From: Octopus bimaculoides
Lineage: Eukaryota
Length of the DNA stretch: 64,000 bases
NCBI RefSeq assembly: GCF_001194135.2
Contig: NC_068981.1
Location: 70,465,543-70,529,542 of the forward strand
Direction: 5' to 3'
The notes below the pieces were generated by a model that was not told the origin of the DNA, did no database searches, and worked only from the letters and a program-made list of their open reading frames with translations. Shown in pieces: positions 40,127 through 51,841 of the stretch (positions are counted from its first letter, which is position 1; each line of letters opens with the position of its first letter). The position numbers and the translations under genes were made by a program.

Positions 40127-40711
40127 TGTGTGGTCTAACTTATGTATAATAATGGGCTCTTCTGTGAGTTTCTAAGTGTGAATACTAACAGTAACTGCAT
40201 ACAATTACAATCACAATTGTCAGTACATACCTAGACATGCATACATACATACATACACACATACATACGTACATATGTGCATACATAATATATAGTTGTG
40301 TGTGTGTGAGTGTGTGTGTATTTATGTACGTATAGGTGTGTTTACATGTGTGAGAGAGATTCAGAAAGTGAGATTTACGTTTATATATTTAGAAAAATAA
40401 TCTAAAATATATATTGATCCCAGCCCTGAGAGAGTTTTAGTGTTCTAACGTCTAGATGGAATTGAAAGTCTACTTAGATACTGCTTTTTCTCCAAAAATA
40501 TATAATCCGAGTTGGTGTGGGAACCTAAATGACATGTGTGCAGATTAAGTGAATATCCAATAAAACAAAAACCATTTCGCATGCTTATCAGATTTCTCAC
40601 ACTTTCCAAATATCAACATGACGTTCATGGAAACATAATTCATTCTACTCGTGCAAAAGGAAACTAAAAGGCGTTTTCAACAATACAAATCAATGCTCAA
40701 TATGTGAGGAT

Positions 40712-40910
40712 AAAGTGGTGAGGAGGCAGAATCATTATCAATCCGAGCAAGATGCTCAGTGATGTTTCATCTGTCTTTATAGTATGTGTTTATAGTCATC
40801 ATTTCGCAGTCAATAAAATAATTACCTGTTGAGCTCCGAGTGTCAATATGATCGACTTATCCCCGCTTCTGAGCTTACTGGCCTTGGGCCAAAGTTCGAA
40901 GCCAATAATA
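40712..40910 (+). mobile_element. Diverged SINE family A
   Basis: aagtggtgaggaggcagaatc..atcgacttatcccc..ctggccttgggccaaagttcgaagccaat. Confidence 0.7.
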
Positions 40911-41049
40911 TGTGAGAATAAAAATAATATTTCCCTTTGATGCAGGATTTTTTAGCGAGTTTCATCTTGCTTTGCAATTAACAAAAACTTTGTACTATTG
41001 TTTCCTTAATCTCGCTGTGCCCCAACGAAAGCTATACTGTTGAGTAATC

Positions 41050-42280
41050 TTTAATGTTCGTTGGTCAGAATTTTGATGGACGGACAGATAATAGTAATGG
41101 CAGAATATTGTTATAGACTCTACATAGCACACAACGCACAGGTTTTCCACTGAATTTTATCAAGATCTTGATAAAGACTGAAAAGAAAGACAACTTTAAG
41201 CTACTGGAAGCAGCACTGTCATCTCCACCCACTTCTCTTCCCAGGTAAAGCATAAAAAATCGTGAGGACTTGGCCAAAGAGGAAGGGGCATTTCTTCAGC
41301 ACTTTCTGTCTCATCCGCCTCACAATTTGTTTCGCCAAGGCCACTAGTTAGATAAAAATTGTATACTCCATCCGCTCAGATATAGATGACACGTAAGTCC
41401 TCAAATTAGACTGATCTTTTAGAGATCTGCTTGGATTAACAGCATTCCAAATGCGAAGTGTTTTCTCTCGGCCTTTGCATAAACCAAAACTTTAGTTCTG
41501 TCAAAAAGACGAGCTGGGGGAAAAGAGTCTGGTAAAGAACTACAATACTTGTTCACTGAATCGCTAGAGAAATCGCAGTCTCAGCATAGTATCAGGCATT
41601 CCCCGCCCAGTCGTCTATGCAGCAGATGGTAACAGGAAATGGAGTACTTGAACAGTGGAATGCATCCCTTCTAATGCGATTCGATCGTCTCCACATTGTC
41701 GTGGTCGGGAGATACGGCCGGTGCCTATCAAAAAGATGGAAACGTCGGAGCATGTTGGTCACACTTTTTTCAAGTCCTGAAATCTATGCTATCAGCACAA
41801 ATTACGTATTGAGGATGCTGTTTCAACTACAGTGAGAATTAAAGAACGGTATGTTTCCAAGAAATACACACAAGACGCCTAAAAGATCTGACCCAGTTCT
41901 TAACAGGACGTTGTCTCCTACAGCTACGAAATTATGAACTTCACTTCAGGTACCATCCAGCAAAAGCGACATGCTTTTGGGTCACAAATTACGAGTCCAT
42001 ATTTTTTCGAAACAACACATTGACGTGTCATCTTTTTGCGTCCGATTTGCAGATGCACTATTGTTGCTGACGAAGATCACATATCTCGGGAAGATTCTAG
42101 TCTCTCTGCTGATCATGGCATCTATGCTGTTTATCTATGATTGTTGAGCAGATAGTCTTCCTTCTAAGGCGAAACTGACCCCATGGATGGAAAGTGAAAA
42201 GAGTCACTTTTCTTATTCTGAAAAGACATCGATCCATTCCTCCTGTTAGATGTGGGTAATTTTTTCAGTAATCTTTCGTT
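41050..42280 (+). mobile_element. Heavily decayed Ty3/Gypsy pol (RT) relic
   Basis: Frameshifted motifs in the expected order: GVLE..SP/IVVV..VP(I)K/KDGNVGAC (41640-41755), RIEDAV..YVSK..QDA, KRHAFG. Confidence 0.55.
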
Positions 42281-42417
42281 AACTAATATTCGGAAATTTA
42301 CAAGTGCGTGGATATACTTTTATTTTAGTTTCTTGCATTAGTTTTAGTGTTTTAACCTTGTTGTTAGTTTATTTGTTGGTGTAATGTAGTCACTATGTGT
42401 TGAATGATTATATTGTT

Positions 42418-43476
42418 CAGTTCTATATTTAAGAGATAAGGAATTATGTACATCATTTACATTATTTACGTTTGACACCACTAAAACCAACCCTATGACT
42501 GCGATATGTTGATGACACCTTTATATTCTGGCCGCACCAGGAAGATGTCCAAGTGCTGTTAGATCACGTGAACTCAATAAAGCCATCCATACAGTTCACA
42601 ATGAAAAAGGAAAAACATAATTTGCTAGCATACCTCGACGTATTAATAACACGCAACAAGTATGGATTCAGGACATCCGTATACCGCAAGCCGACCTTTA
42701 CTGAACGATACATCAACTTCAATTCCCATCATCCATACAGTGTAAAGAGAGGGATTACTTAGTGCCTAAAACATCGAGCAAAGAATGTAAGTAGCGATCG
42801 TGATACCCACCACGAAGAAATGATCAAGCTCAGTAACAATCTGTTAAGCAACAACTACACCAAAAGTATACTATCCACTCCAATTATGAAGAAAAGGGAG
42901 GATGAAACCAATAAACTGCCCACAGTCTGTCTACCCTATGTGAAAGGCCTTTCCGAAAAGATACAAAAGATATGCGGCCCATATGACATCAGGACAGTAT
43001 TCAAGAGTAATACAACACTTCGCAAATATCTCCTTCAAGTAAAACCACCGAGAGAAGAGAACATGACGAAAAATTGCGTGTATTCCATCCTATGCAGCTG
43101 TGGTAGGTTATACAAAGGCGAAACATACCGCCACCTCAAAATAAGGGTAGAGTAACATCGCAAAGCTGTGACACGAGGATATATTGATAAAGCAGGTATA
43201 GCTGACCGTGTATGGAAAAATGGAGACCACCTTCCCCTGTGGGATGAAGTTAAAATAATAGACAGAAAACAACACTGGAAAATACGAAAACTAAAAGAAG
43301 CAGCACACATGCTAGGACACAACAACCTCCTAAGCAGACCGAGTGCAGATATGAATAGCATATGGGAACCGATATTAAGGAAGGAAAGGAAAATATTAGA
43401 TTCATAAGCCCTAAATTTCACTCCATAACAACGCGGGCTACTAACCCCAAGATTCCGAGTTCGATTCCAGGCAGTG

Positions 43477-43525
<49 letters not shown>

Positions 43526-43672
43526 TAATAATAATAATAATAATAACAACATCGAAAAATACCATAGGAATGAGAACCCAGGTCCGAACTTTCCCGAAGA
43601 CACCTGATGAAGCTGAAGCGTTGTGTTAACAATAAACAAGATGAGGACAAATATCTGTCAAATGCAAATAAT
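42418..43672 (+). mobile_element. 5'-truncated Penelope-like element (RT C-half, GIY-YIG, pLTR) with an inverted terminal piece at its 5' end
   Basis: One frame from 42478 to 43407: LKPTL*LRYVDDTFIFW..FLD-like AYLDVL..VYRKPT..HHP..LPYVKGLSEKI..NCVYSILCSCGRLYKGETYRHLKIRVE*HR..RKLKEA. Three stops, no frameshift. The pLTR contains (TAA)n and CTGATGA at 43605. Confidence 0.93.
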
Positions 43673-43699
43673 TATCATTTTGTTGTTTGTGTCTATGGC

Positions 43700-44656
43700 C
43701 GTATAACTGATATTTCTTTGTTCTATTTGCACGTGTTCTTTTTTCTTTGGTGTTTGTATAGATTAAAATGCTTTTGTGTTTGTTGTGGTAATTACAGTGC
43801 TGGTGCTGTCTCTGATGGCGGAGGTAATGGTGTTGTGATTGCTGATGGTAGTCTTATTACCGTTGTTAGAGATGATGGTGGAAGTGGCGTTGTTTTTGGT
43901 TTCATGCAGTGAAGGTTTATCCTTACGTCAATCTCCCAGCGTTCTAGTCGGCAGATTTGCTTATCCTTTCCTTCTTTCTATGCCTTCGTACGGGAACATC
44001 TTTCTACTGTTCCTGTTTGTCGTCATCGATGCTTGATATATTTTACATATATGAAGTGGGGAGGGGCATGTTATATAATATAACGTTTATAATGTTGCGA
44101 ATGTTGTCGATGTGGTTCCGTTTACTGTTGTTACTCTCGTTGGATTTGTTGCAACCGAGGGTGTGGCCGCTGCTTCTTGTATTGATGTTACAGTCTCTGT
44201 GACTTCTGTGGCAATACCATCTTCGACAATAATCAGTTTCCCTTCCCTCTGCCTTTGTCGTGGACTGCGGGTGTTTTGATGGTTTATGTCACAACATAAG
44301 TAATATTTTGGCTAAGGCCTTTGACCGTGAAAAACACAGACAGATCACCTGGTAGATTGATCAGGTGTGGAAAGCTCTATGACCTCTGGATTTGTTTAGA
44401 TAAATAGCTTCATCACCGAGACGGACCACTTTTTTCTTTTTCAGTTTGGAGATTGTGGATTTTGAATATGTTCGTTTTCTTACGTATCGCACAAAAGGCT
44501 GCAACTAGCCAGCAGACATCTATTTCTGGTAGTATACTGACCATCTTAATTGTTATCACATTGCGGTCAAATAAAACCAGTATAACTGCAAAGACTTCAC
44601 GCTTTAGAGCTACAAAATGTTGTATTTTCCACTTTTCAATATACTCGTCTCTGTGT

Positions 44657-44693
<37 letters not shown>

Positions 44694-45300
44694 GGCTTGT
44701 GAATCTGTTGTGATTTGTGATATGCTTAAGGACCCTGTCCTTTCTTCTTCTAAAGGAAATGTCTGGCATTTTCCAAATCCTGTAGCAATAAACTTATTCC
44801 TTCATTCAACACGCTTCAGTGAACCCACCGATTTACTAGCAGGGGTAATGGCGTTGTTAGTATTGTTCGTTTCAATACTCATGGTGGAGGTCAAGGTTAT
44901 ACTGAGTGCATTGGCAGATACTTTTGTCTTAAATTCTCTTATTTTCGCTCTTTTCATTTTTAGTGTTATTTTCGCTGTTGCCGTTGTTGTTGTTGTTGTT
45001 GTTGTTGCTGTTGTTCCCATTTTGTACACGTGTCATCTACGCCATTGCGACTGATTTTGAGAACGCTCCAATTTATTGCTGTGGTAATGGTACATATAGT
45101 AATGAGGGTGAAATTGCGTGCGCATTGTCACTGTTCATACCTTTTGTTTTTCTAACAATATTTTTTGTTTTGTAGCTCGTGGTCTTGTTGAGGTAACATC
45201 TACATCTCGAGTGGTAACAGTACTAGTGGTTTTGTTTTTATTTGTCTCTGATTGTTGTTGTTCTTATTGCTGCTGCTGCTCCTGCTGCTACGGTTACATA
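43700..45300. repeat. Patchy cryptic GTT/GTG/GCT triplet repeats with (GT)n and (GTT)n cores
   Basis: Low-complexity sequence, no long ORF on either strand. Confidence 0.7.
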
Positions 45301-45569
45301 TTGGGATCACAATGGGACTTTCAGCCTTCGTAAACCCAACATCTGTAACTCCATTCTTGCATAAATGGTTAAGTTGAATGAAAACTTTGGAAATTCCACT
45401 CCAGAGAGGTGGAACAAAATAGTACTATCCTGTTCCTTAGAAACCCGGCCAATTTAGGCAGAAAATGGTTTGTATCTTTTAAAAGTCGCTTTTTTTTAAT
45501 AAAGAGTTAAGAAACAACTAAAACCCTAAATGACTAGAACATCCGTCTTGGTAATGCAAAAGCAAACGA

Positions 45570-45639
<70 letters not shown>

Positions 45640-45640
<1 letters not shown>

Positions 45641-45826
45641 GGACTTACAAATATATATAACATACAGAAAATTGCACTACTGGGCACAGCACACATCCTA
45701 CGCAAAAAGACTTTCAATACAGTAACCATAAGAGCACCACAGCAAACCACAGCACATACCCAAGGCGCACAGAGCTGCGCTCGGTAGTGAAGTGAAAGCA
45801 CGTTATAAAAATAAAACTACTGAACA
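45640..45826 (+). mobile_element. Short 3' end of a Dong/R4-type LINE embedded in (TAA)n
   Basis: Encodes IQKIALLGTAHILRK, then the 3' UTR. (TAA)n at 45571-45639 and 45826-45852. Confidence 0.9.
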
Positions 45827-45852
45827 ATAATAATAATAATAATAATAATAAT

Positions 45853-46830
45853 GTCCTACGAAAAATAATGTCTATGCAATCCCCAAAATATTTTAAGCTG
45901 TAAACAGTGCAAAAATACTTTTAAATGTACATAATATCCAACAGCTTCTACTGAATGGAAGAAAACAACCTGTTTCCAGAAGGGCAGAAGGGATGCTGCA
46001 CGGGGTCATATGTATGCAAAGATCAATTATTGATCAATAAAACCATAACTGAAGACAGCCGAAAGAAAAACAAGGGTCCAAGCATGATTGGATCGATTAT
46101 CGAAAGGTTTTTGACTGTATTCCCCACATATGGATCTTGGAAACACTAGATAAATGGCAAATATTACTACAACTCCAGACAAAACAGGGACTCATAAGAA
46201 CTAAAGCCATCCCCATTCAAAGAAGAATATTCCAAGCAGACACACTATCTCTACTCATTTTCTGCTTGTTACTGACGCCTTTATCTCAGATGCTGAACAC
46301 AACTGGATGTGTGTACAACTGCTCCGGCAAAACACACAACCCTCTCTTGTATATCGATGATCTAAAATTGTCTGCTGCAAATGACAAACAGCTGGAAACA
46401 TCACTATAGATAGTGCATGGATTTGCCAAAGAGATAAACAAGAGAAATTCAGATTAGAAAAATTCGGATTAGAAAAAGAAGCCTTGCAAACAGGAACACT
46501 ACTTAAGAGTAACAATATCACATTAGATAAAGCAAACGAAATAAGAGAATTAGACCAAAGCCAAACATACAAATACTTAGGAATCAATGAACAAGATACT
46601 GTACAATATACATAAATGGAAGAGAAGATAACAAAGGAATACTATAAACGAGTTAGATTAATACTTTAAACAGAGCTCAATGCGAAAAGCAAGATAATAG
46701 GTGTGAACAATCTAGCCTTCCCAATTATAAGTTACAGCTACAATATTCCTAATTGGATTGTAAATGAACTAACGAAACTAGAAAGTAAAAGAAGCAAAAT
46801 AATGACCGAATTGAAGATGCACCATTTAAT
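45853..46830 (+). mobile_element. Dong/R4-type RT fragment
   Basis: EENNLFPEGQKGC..GSYVCKDQLLINK..IDYRKVFDCIPH (frameshifted)..IFQADTLS..LLYIDDLKL..FGLEK..YKYLG..KEYYKRVRLI..ELNAKSK. Has an internal deletion. Confidence 0.92.
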
Positions 46831-47240
46831 AATATAGAAATAATATTGTATGCTGGTACTTAATCTCTGATAGTTACAATCACGTAATTCAGTATTGAAA
46901 GTTGACTTGGTTTTCATTTTGAAACGCTTTTCAACGGAAATAAAGAAAGATTTGCAAAATAAATTGACCCATTTCTTTTATAACATCTCTAGTATCTTTA
47001 AGATGTAACTGTACTGATAAATCTTTGGCTTATACAAGCTATCATAATTTGAATGTCTCTTAAGTCCCTCATTATTCATGACCGTAGGCAAGCCATATGA
47101 AAATCATTGCTAATATGAGATATATCCTCAAATTGTGAATAAATGGACTCTGGTATTCACTGCAACCTATACCGAAGAATTAATAGTAGGAAGTTTTCCG
47201 ACAGTTAATTAAGTTTTAATGTTTTCTTTGCTGTCTTTAG

Positions 47241-47298
47241 CGGAGTTGAAGATGTTCTTGACAGATACAGCTTCCTCATATCTGACAGTAAACAAGAG
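47241..47298 (+). CDS. Candidate 58-nt exon (GVEDVLDRYSFLISDSKQE)
   Basis: Strong acceptor gttttctttgctgtctttAG|C, weak donor GAG|GTACCA. Confidence 0.2.
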
Positions 47299-47904
47299 GT
47301 ACCAACGATATATGTGGATATAATGACATGTTAAGGGAATTTACTTTCAGATACATTCATGCACATAATGTCATAGCAAAGAAAGTAGCAAAATAGAAGT
47401 CAATAATATTTAGCGAACGCTAAAATCATGATCAATCCTATCTAGGAACAAATTACAGAAGATAATTAAATATTAACCTAACCATGTTGATTACAACTAA
47501 ACTGAAGATGAGAAACAAGTGTAATTCTTTAGGCTCAAATGTTCCTTTCCAAGGTTAGCGCTGCAGCTTCATTTTCATTGAGGTAAACAAAAAGTGTATT
47601 AGCGCACCTCTGTATTAAACATTATCAATGATAAGTGGAAATATAAGCGCCTCAAGTGCATACATTTGCAAGGCTTACACGTTGACGCATGAAACGTTAG
47701 ATAGCTCACCCGAAAGGATAACTTTCACAGAATATTTTGCGGCCAACAAGGCAATTAATTGCTTAACTGCACATCAACCGTGATTTCAGGTTGCCAAAGA
47801 CCATGGTGTGTTACAATGTACTAAGTGTATATGCAGTTGCATATCGTTTGCTGATTTCGTTACGTTTCTATGATTCTTGTCATTGCGCTTCTGTATATAT
47901 ATAT

Positions 47905-48400
47905 ATATATAATACAAAATGGGACAAGAACGCAAAACATCCAGACAGTTAGGTGATACAAGAAAGGGACAGCAAACCATCCAGATAGACGATACAAAGA
48001 AAACAAGGACAGGTCATTCGGAGTTTTCTTTCCTCAGTCGAGTTCCAGATTATCTTTGCAATTTCAGCTGGTTATACTCGTGTTCGCTCCAATCTGCTTA
48101 AGCAAGAAAAAATAAGCTAAGGAAAAACTAAGCTAAGAGCATTAGATTCCTTGGAAGAAAGCAGCGAATGTATACAAAAACAAGGACGAAAAAAAAAACG
48201 AACAATGTTACACGAATACAACAAAAATAATAACAGGACATAACAACAGGTGTCTTTCGACTAAAGACGAATTAAATTAAGCTGGTGTATTTGGAAATAA
48301 AGCCTTACGGCAGGGATACAAGGTTTCACAGGCACAAGGAGGAATATTGATGTTGCACGGACAACGGCCACCCAAGAAATAAAGATCACACTTGGTCGAA
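47905..48400 (-). mobile_element. Probable Penelope-like 3' end with a hammerhead-like relic
   Basis: Minus strand contains CTGAGGA-aagaaaactcc-gaat (48015-48045), and a decayed terminal ORF segment lies near 48350-48390. Confidence 0.45.
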
Positions 48401-48869
48401 CGCCGGGCACGTGGGAAGAGAAGAGGGAGAGGTAGAGGCAGAGGGACAAAATAATTAAGGAGGGGCGAGAAAAAATGTCAGGGACACAGTGAAATGAAAA
48501 GTGGAAGGAAAGTGAGCAAGAAGAGAAGGCAAGGAAATGTGAGAGAGGGGGAACGAAAGAACGAAGAGTGGAATGAACGAATAAGAGTGAAAGGGCTGAT
48601 AGAAAGAAAGAATAGAGTCTTACAAGATTTAGAAAAATGTATACTTAAATATAAGAGACCAAAGTGTACGTACNNNNNNNNNNNNNNNNNNNNNNNNNNN
48701 NNNNNNNNNNNNNNNNNNNNNNNNNNNNNNNNNNNNNNNNNNNNNNNNNNNNNNNNNNNNNNNNNNNNNNNNNNNNNNNNNNNNNNNNNNNNNNNNNNNN
48801 NNNNNNNNNNNNNNNNNNNNNNNNNNNNNTGTGTGTGTGTGAGAGAGAGAGAGAGTTTATGTGTGTGTT

Positions 48870-48903
<34 letters not shown>

Positions 48904-48910
48904 TTTATGT

Positions 48911-48957
<47 letters not shown>

Positions 48958-48960
<3 letters not shown>

Positions 48961-49023
48961 AATATACAATGGGACAAGAACGCAAAACATCCAGATAGAC
49001 GACACAAAGAAAACAAGGACAGG
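48958..49023 (-). mobile_element. Second, internally deleted copy of the 47905 element end
   Basis: atgggacaagaacgcaaaacatccaga|tagacg..aagaaaacaaggacagg matches 47919-48012 minus about 37 bp lying between two CATCCAGA repeats. Confidence 0.85.
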
Positions 49024-49024
49024 C

Positions 49025-49056
<32 letters not shown>

Positions 49057-49941
49057 TCACACACACCCACAAACCCACATGTATACTTATATATATAATT
49101 GCATATATTTATCTTAGGAGCATTTTAATAGTAACAACTCAGGTAATGGTTTATTATACTCCTTTGAATAATTATTAGGCAATTAGTTAAGTAACTAACC
49201 TCTTAATACCCGATTGTTTCATCAATCGTTTGAACAATCAGTCGTATCTCACATCAAGAATAACCAAGAATAACAAGTGCACATAACTGATGCGGTTAGG
49301 AATGTCATCGAAATGAACCTCCTGACAAATCAAATCATTGACTGTTTGATCGCTATATTAAACTAATGTTTACTTAACTGGTCAGTTGAAACTTCGTAGT
49401 TGTAGGCATGTATGCATAAATAGATATTGGCTCCTGCAATACATAATGTGGATTTTTTATACTTCTTTTAATTTTTCAAAATTAAGGTAAACAAATTTCT
49501 TTTATAAACAAAGATATATTCTTTCATTTCCTACAATGCTTTTCCATCTAGATTGGAGACTTGCAAGGTCCCTTTTCCAATATTCTCTTGACCGTAGCGA
49601 AAAATACTTCCCCGATACTGTTCTGACCTCATCTACACAATTCACATGCCTACAGACATGCGTGTACATATATATGCATATGCATATAAACGCACAGGCA
49701 TATATTGTTTGAGAATGCTAATTTTCATAAAGGAAAATACGTAGCATTTCAAAATGGCACAGTTTGTGATTTGAAATCTGAAGGTTTTCGTTGCAATAAG
49801 TTTCCTGTACGTGTTATGTTTGTCAAATACAAGTTTGCAAATTTCAAAATTTGTGTGTTCAGAGATATTAAAGTTAGTACCTGGCAACTCGAACTTGTAG
49901 AGGTTTTCTTAACATACTAAAATTAGATTTACACTTTATTG

Positions 49942-50124
49942 TCTTCTACTCTCGGCACAAGGCCCGAAATTCTGGGGGAGGGAGCCAGTAGATATGATCG
50001 ACCCCAGTTCGCAACTGGTACTTAATTTATCGACCTCGAAAGGATGTCCGCTAATGTTACGCGGACGTAAACACACCAGCATCGGTTGTCAAGCGATGTT
50101 GGTGGGGCCAAACACAGACACACA

Positions 50125-50193
<69 letters not shown>

Positions 50194-50334
50194 GCGACGG
50201 GCTTCTTCCACAAGGCTTTGGTCGGCCCGAGGCTATAGTACAAGACATTTGCTCAAGGTGCCACGCAGTGGGACCGATCCCGGAATCATGTGGTTGGGAA
50301 GCAAGTTACTTACCACACAGCCACTCCTGCGCCT
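49942..50334 (-). mobile_element. Chimeric SINE: B head + (TA)n + 5' part of C + 3' part of family A
   Basis: B at 50190-50334, C at 50047-50127, A tail at 49942-50046, all on the minus strand. Confidence 0.85.
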
Positions 50335-50441
50335 ATTTATATATATTTACATACTGAGGGTGATAAATTGAATATTAATTTCAATTTAAAACCAGTGGTC
50401 TAGCATATAAAAAATCTGACAATTCAGAAAAATTGTATTAC

Positions 50442-50804
50442 ATGCGTATAAGAAGGTATGACTACTAAGTGGACATCCAATATGCTAGAAAGAGGTCATC
50501 AACGACCAAACCACAAAGAAAAATAGTGTTCGCCAGAAAAAAAATTCAGCAAACACCAGAGCATAAGCGGGAAAGACAAAATGAAAAATATACAAAATAA
50601 AGAATTAATCGTGTACCGGTTTCGCCTTCAACTTTTTTACTTACGTAAAATCGTCCGTGGTTCATCAGCACAATCGTTCTAAAATCAATATAAATTGCAG
50701 AACTATACACGAATTCTCTTCATAAAATTTGACGTGCGTACAGTTCTACCGATGACCTCTTTTTAGCATATTGGATGTCCACTTATTGGTCATCACTTCT
50801 TATA

Positions 50805-50809
<5 letters not shown>
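50442..50809. mobile_element. MITE with ~60-bp imperfect TIRs, TA-flanked (Tc1/mariner-like)
   Basis: atgcgtataagaaggtatgactactaagtggacatccaatatgctagaaagaggtcatc pairs with gatgacctctttttagcatattggatgtccacttattggtcatcacttcttatacgcat. Confidence 0.85.
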
Positions 50810-50844
<35 letters not shown>

Positions 50845-51492
50845 NNNNNNNNNNNNNNNNNNNNNNNNNNNNNNNNNNNNNNNNNNNNNNNNNNNNNNNN
50901 NNNNNNNNNNNNNNNNNNNNNNNNNNNNNNNNNNNNNNNNNNNNNNNNNNNNNNNNNNNNNNNNNNNNNNNNNNNNNNNNNNNNNNNNNNNNNNNNNNNN
51001 NNNNNNNNNNNNNNNNNNNNNNNNNNNNNNNNNNNNNNNNNNNNNNNNNNNNNNNNNNNNNNNNNNNNNNNNNNNNNNNNNNNNNNNNNNNNNNNNNNNN
51101 NNNNNNNNNNNNNNNNNNNNNNNNNNNNNNNNNNNNNNNNNNNNNNNNNNNNNNNNNNNNNNNNNNNNNNNNNNNNNNNNNNNNNNNNNNNNNNNNNNNN
51201 NNNNNNNNNNNNNNNNNNNNNNNNNNNNNNNNNNNNNNNNNNNNNNNNNNNNNNNNNNNNNNNNNNNNNNNNNNNNNNNNNNNNNNNNNNNNNNNNNNNN
51301 NNNNNNNNNNNNNNNNNNNNNNNNNNNNNNNNNNNNNNNNNNNNNNNNNNNNNNNNNNNNNNNNNNNNNNNNNNNNNNNNNNNNNNNNNNNNNNNNNNNN
51401 NNNNNNNNNNNNNNNNNNNNNNNNNNNNNNNNNNNNNNNNNNNNNNNNNNNNNNNNNNNNNNNNNNNNNNNNNNNNNNNNNNNNNNNNNNNN

Positions 51493-51532
<40 letters not shown>

Positions 51533-51534
<2 letters not shown>

Positions 51535-51674
51535 GGCACGCTTCTTTCAGTTTCCATCTTTCCAATCCGATCACTGAGTGTTGGTCAGCTGGGGTCCACA
51601 CACGCTCAAGTTGCCATGTAGTGAGATGAACCCGGAACCATGTCGTTGGGAAGCAAACTTTTTCTACACAGCCT
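51533..51674 (-). mobile_element. SINE family B head next to (TA)n and a gap
   Basis: cttctttcagtttcc..gaacccggaaccatgtcgttgggaagcaaac. Confidence 0.8.
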
Positions 51675-51841
51675 ATATAAAAGCATGCATATGCGTACAT
51701 TTCAATTACTTTATAAGCAATCGTCAAAATTAAGCAGAGATCAACAAATAAACAGGTACATGTCAATACATATACATTATGTGCGTTCAGATGTGTATTC
51801 GTACGCCAGTATGAATATAATCTTACGCAAATTAGTAAATA

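Noticed and set aside
43700-45300. Possible mucin-like Thr-rich exon in the triplet-rich region
   Set aside because: No long open frame; better explained as decayed microsatellite.
49286-49316. ctgatgc...gaaa hammerhead-like string
   Set aside because: The core mismatches CUGANGA and stem II does not pair.
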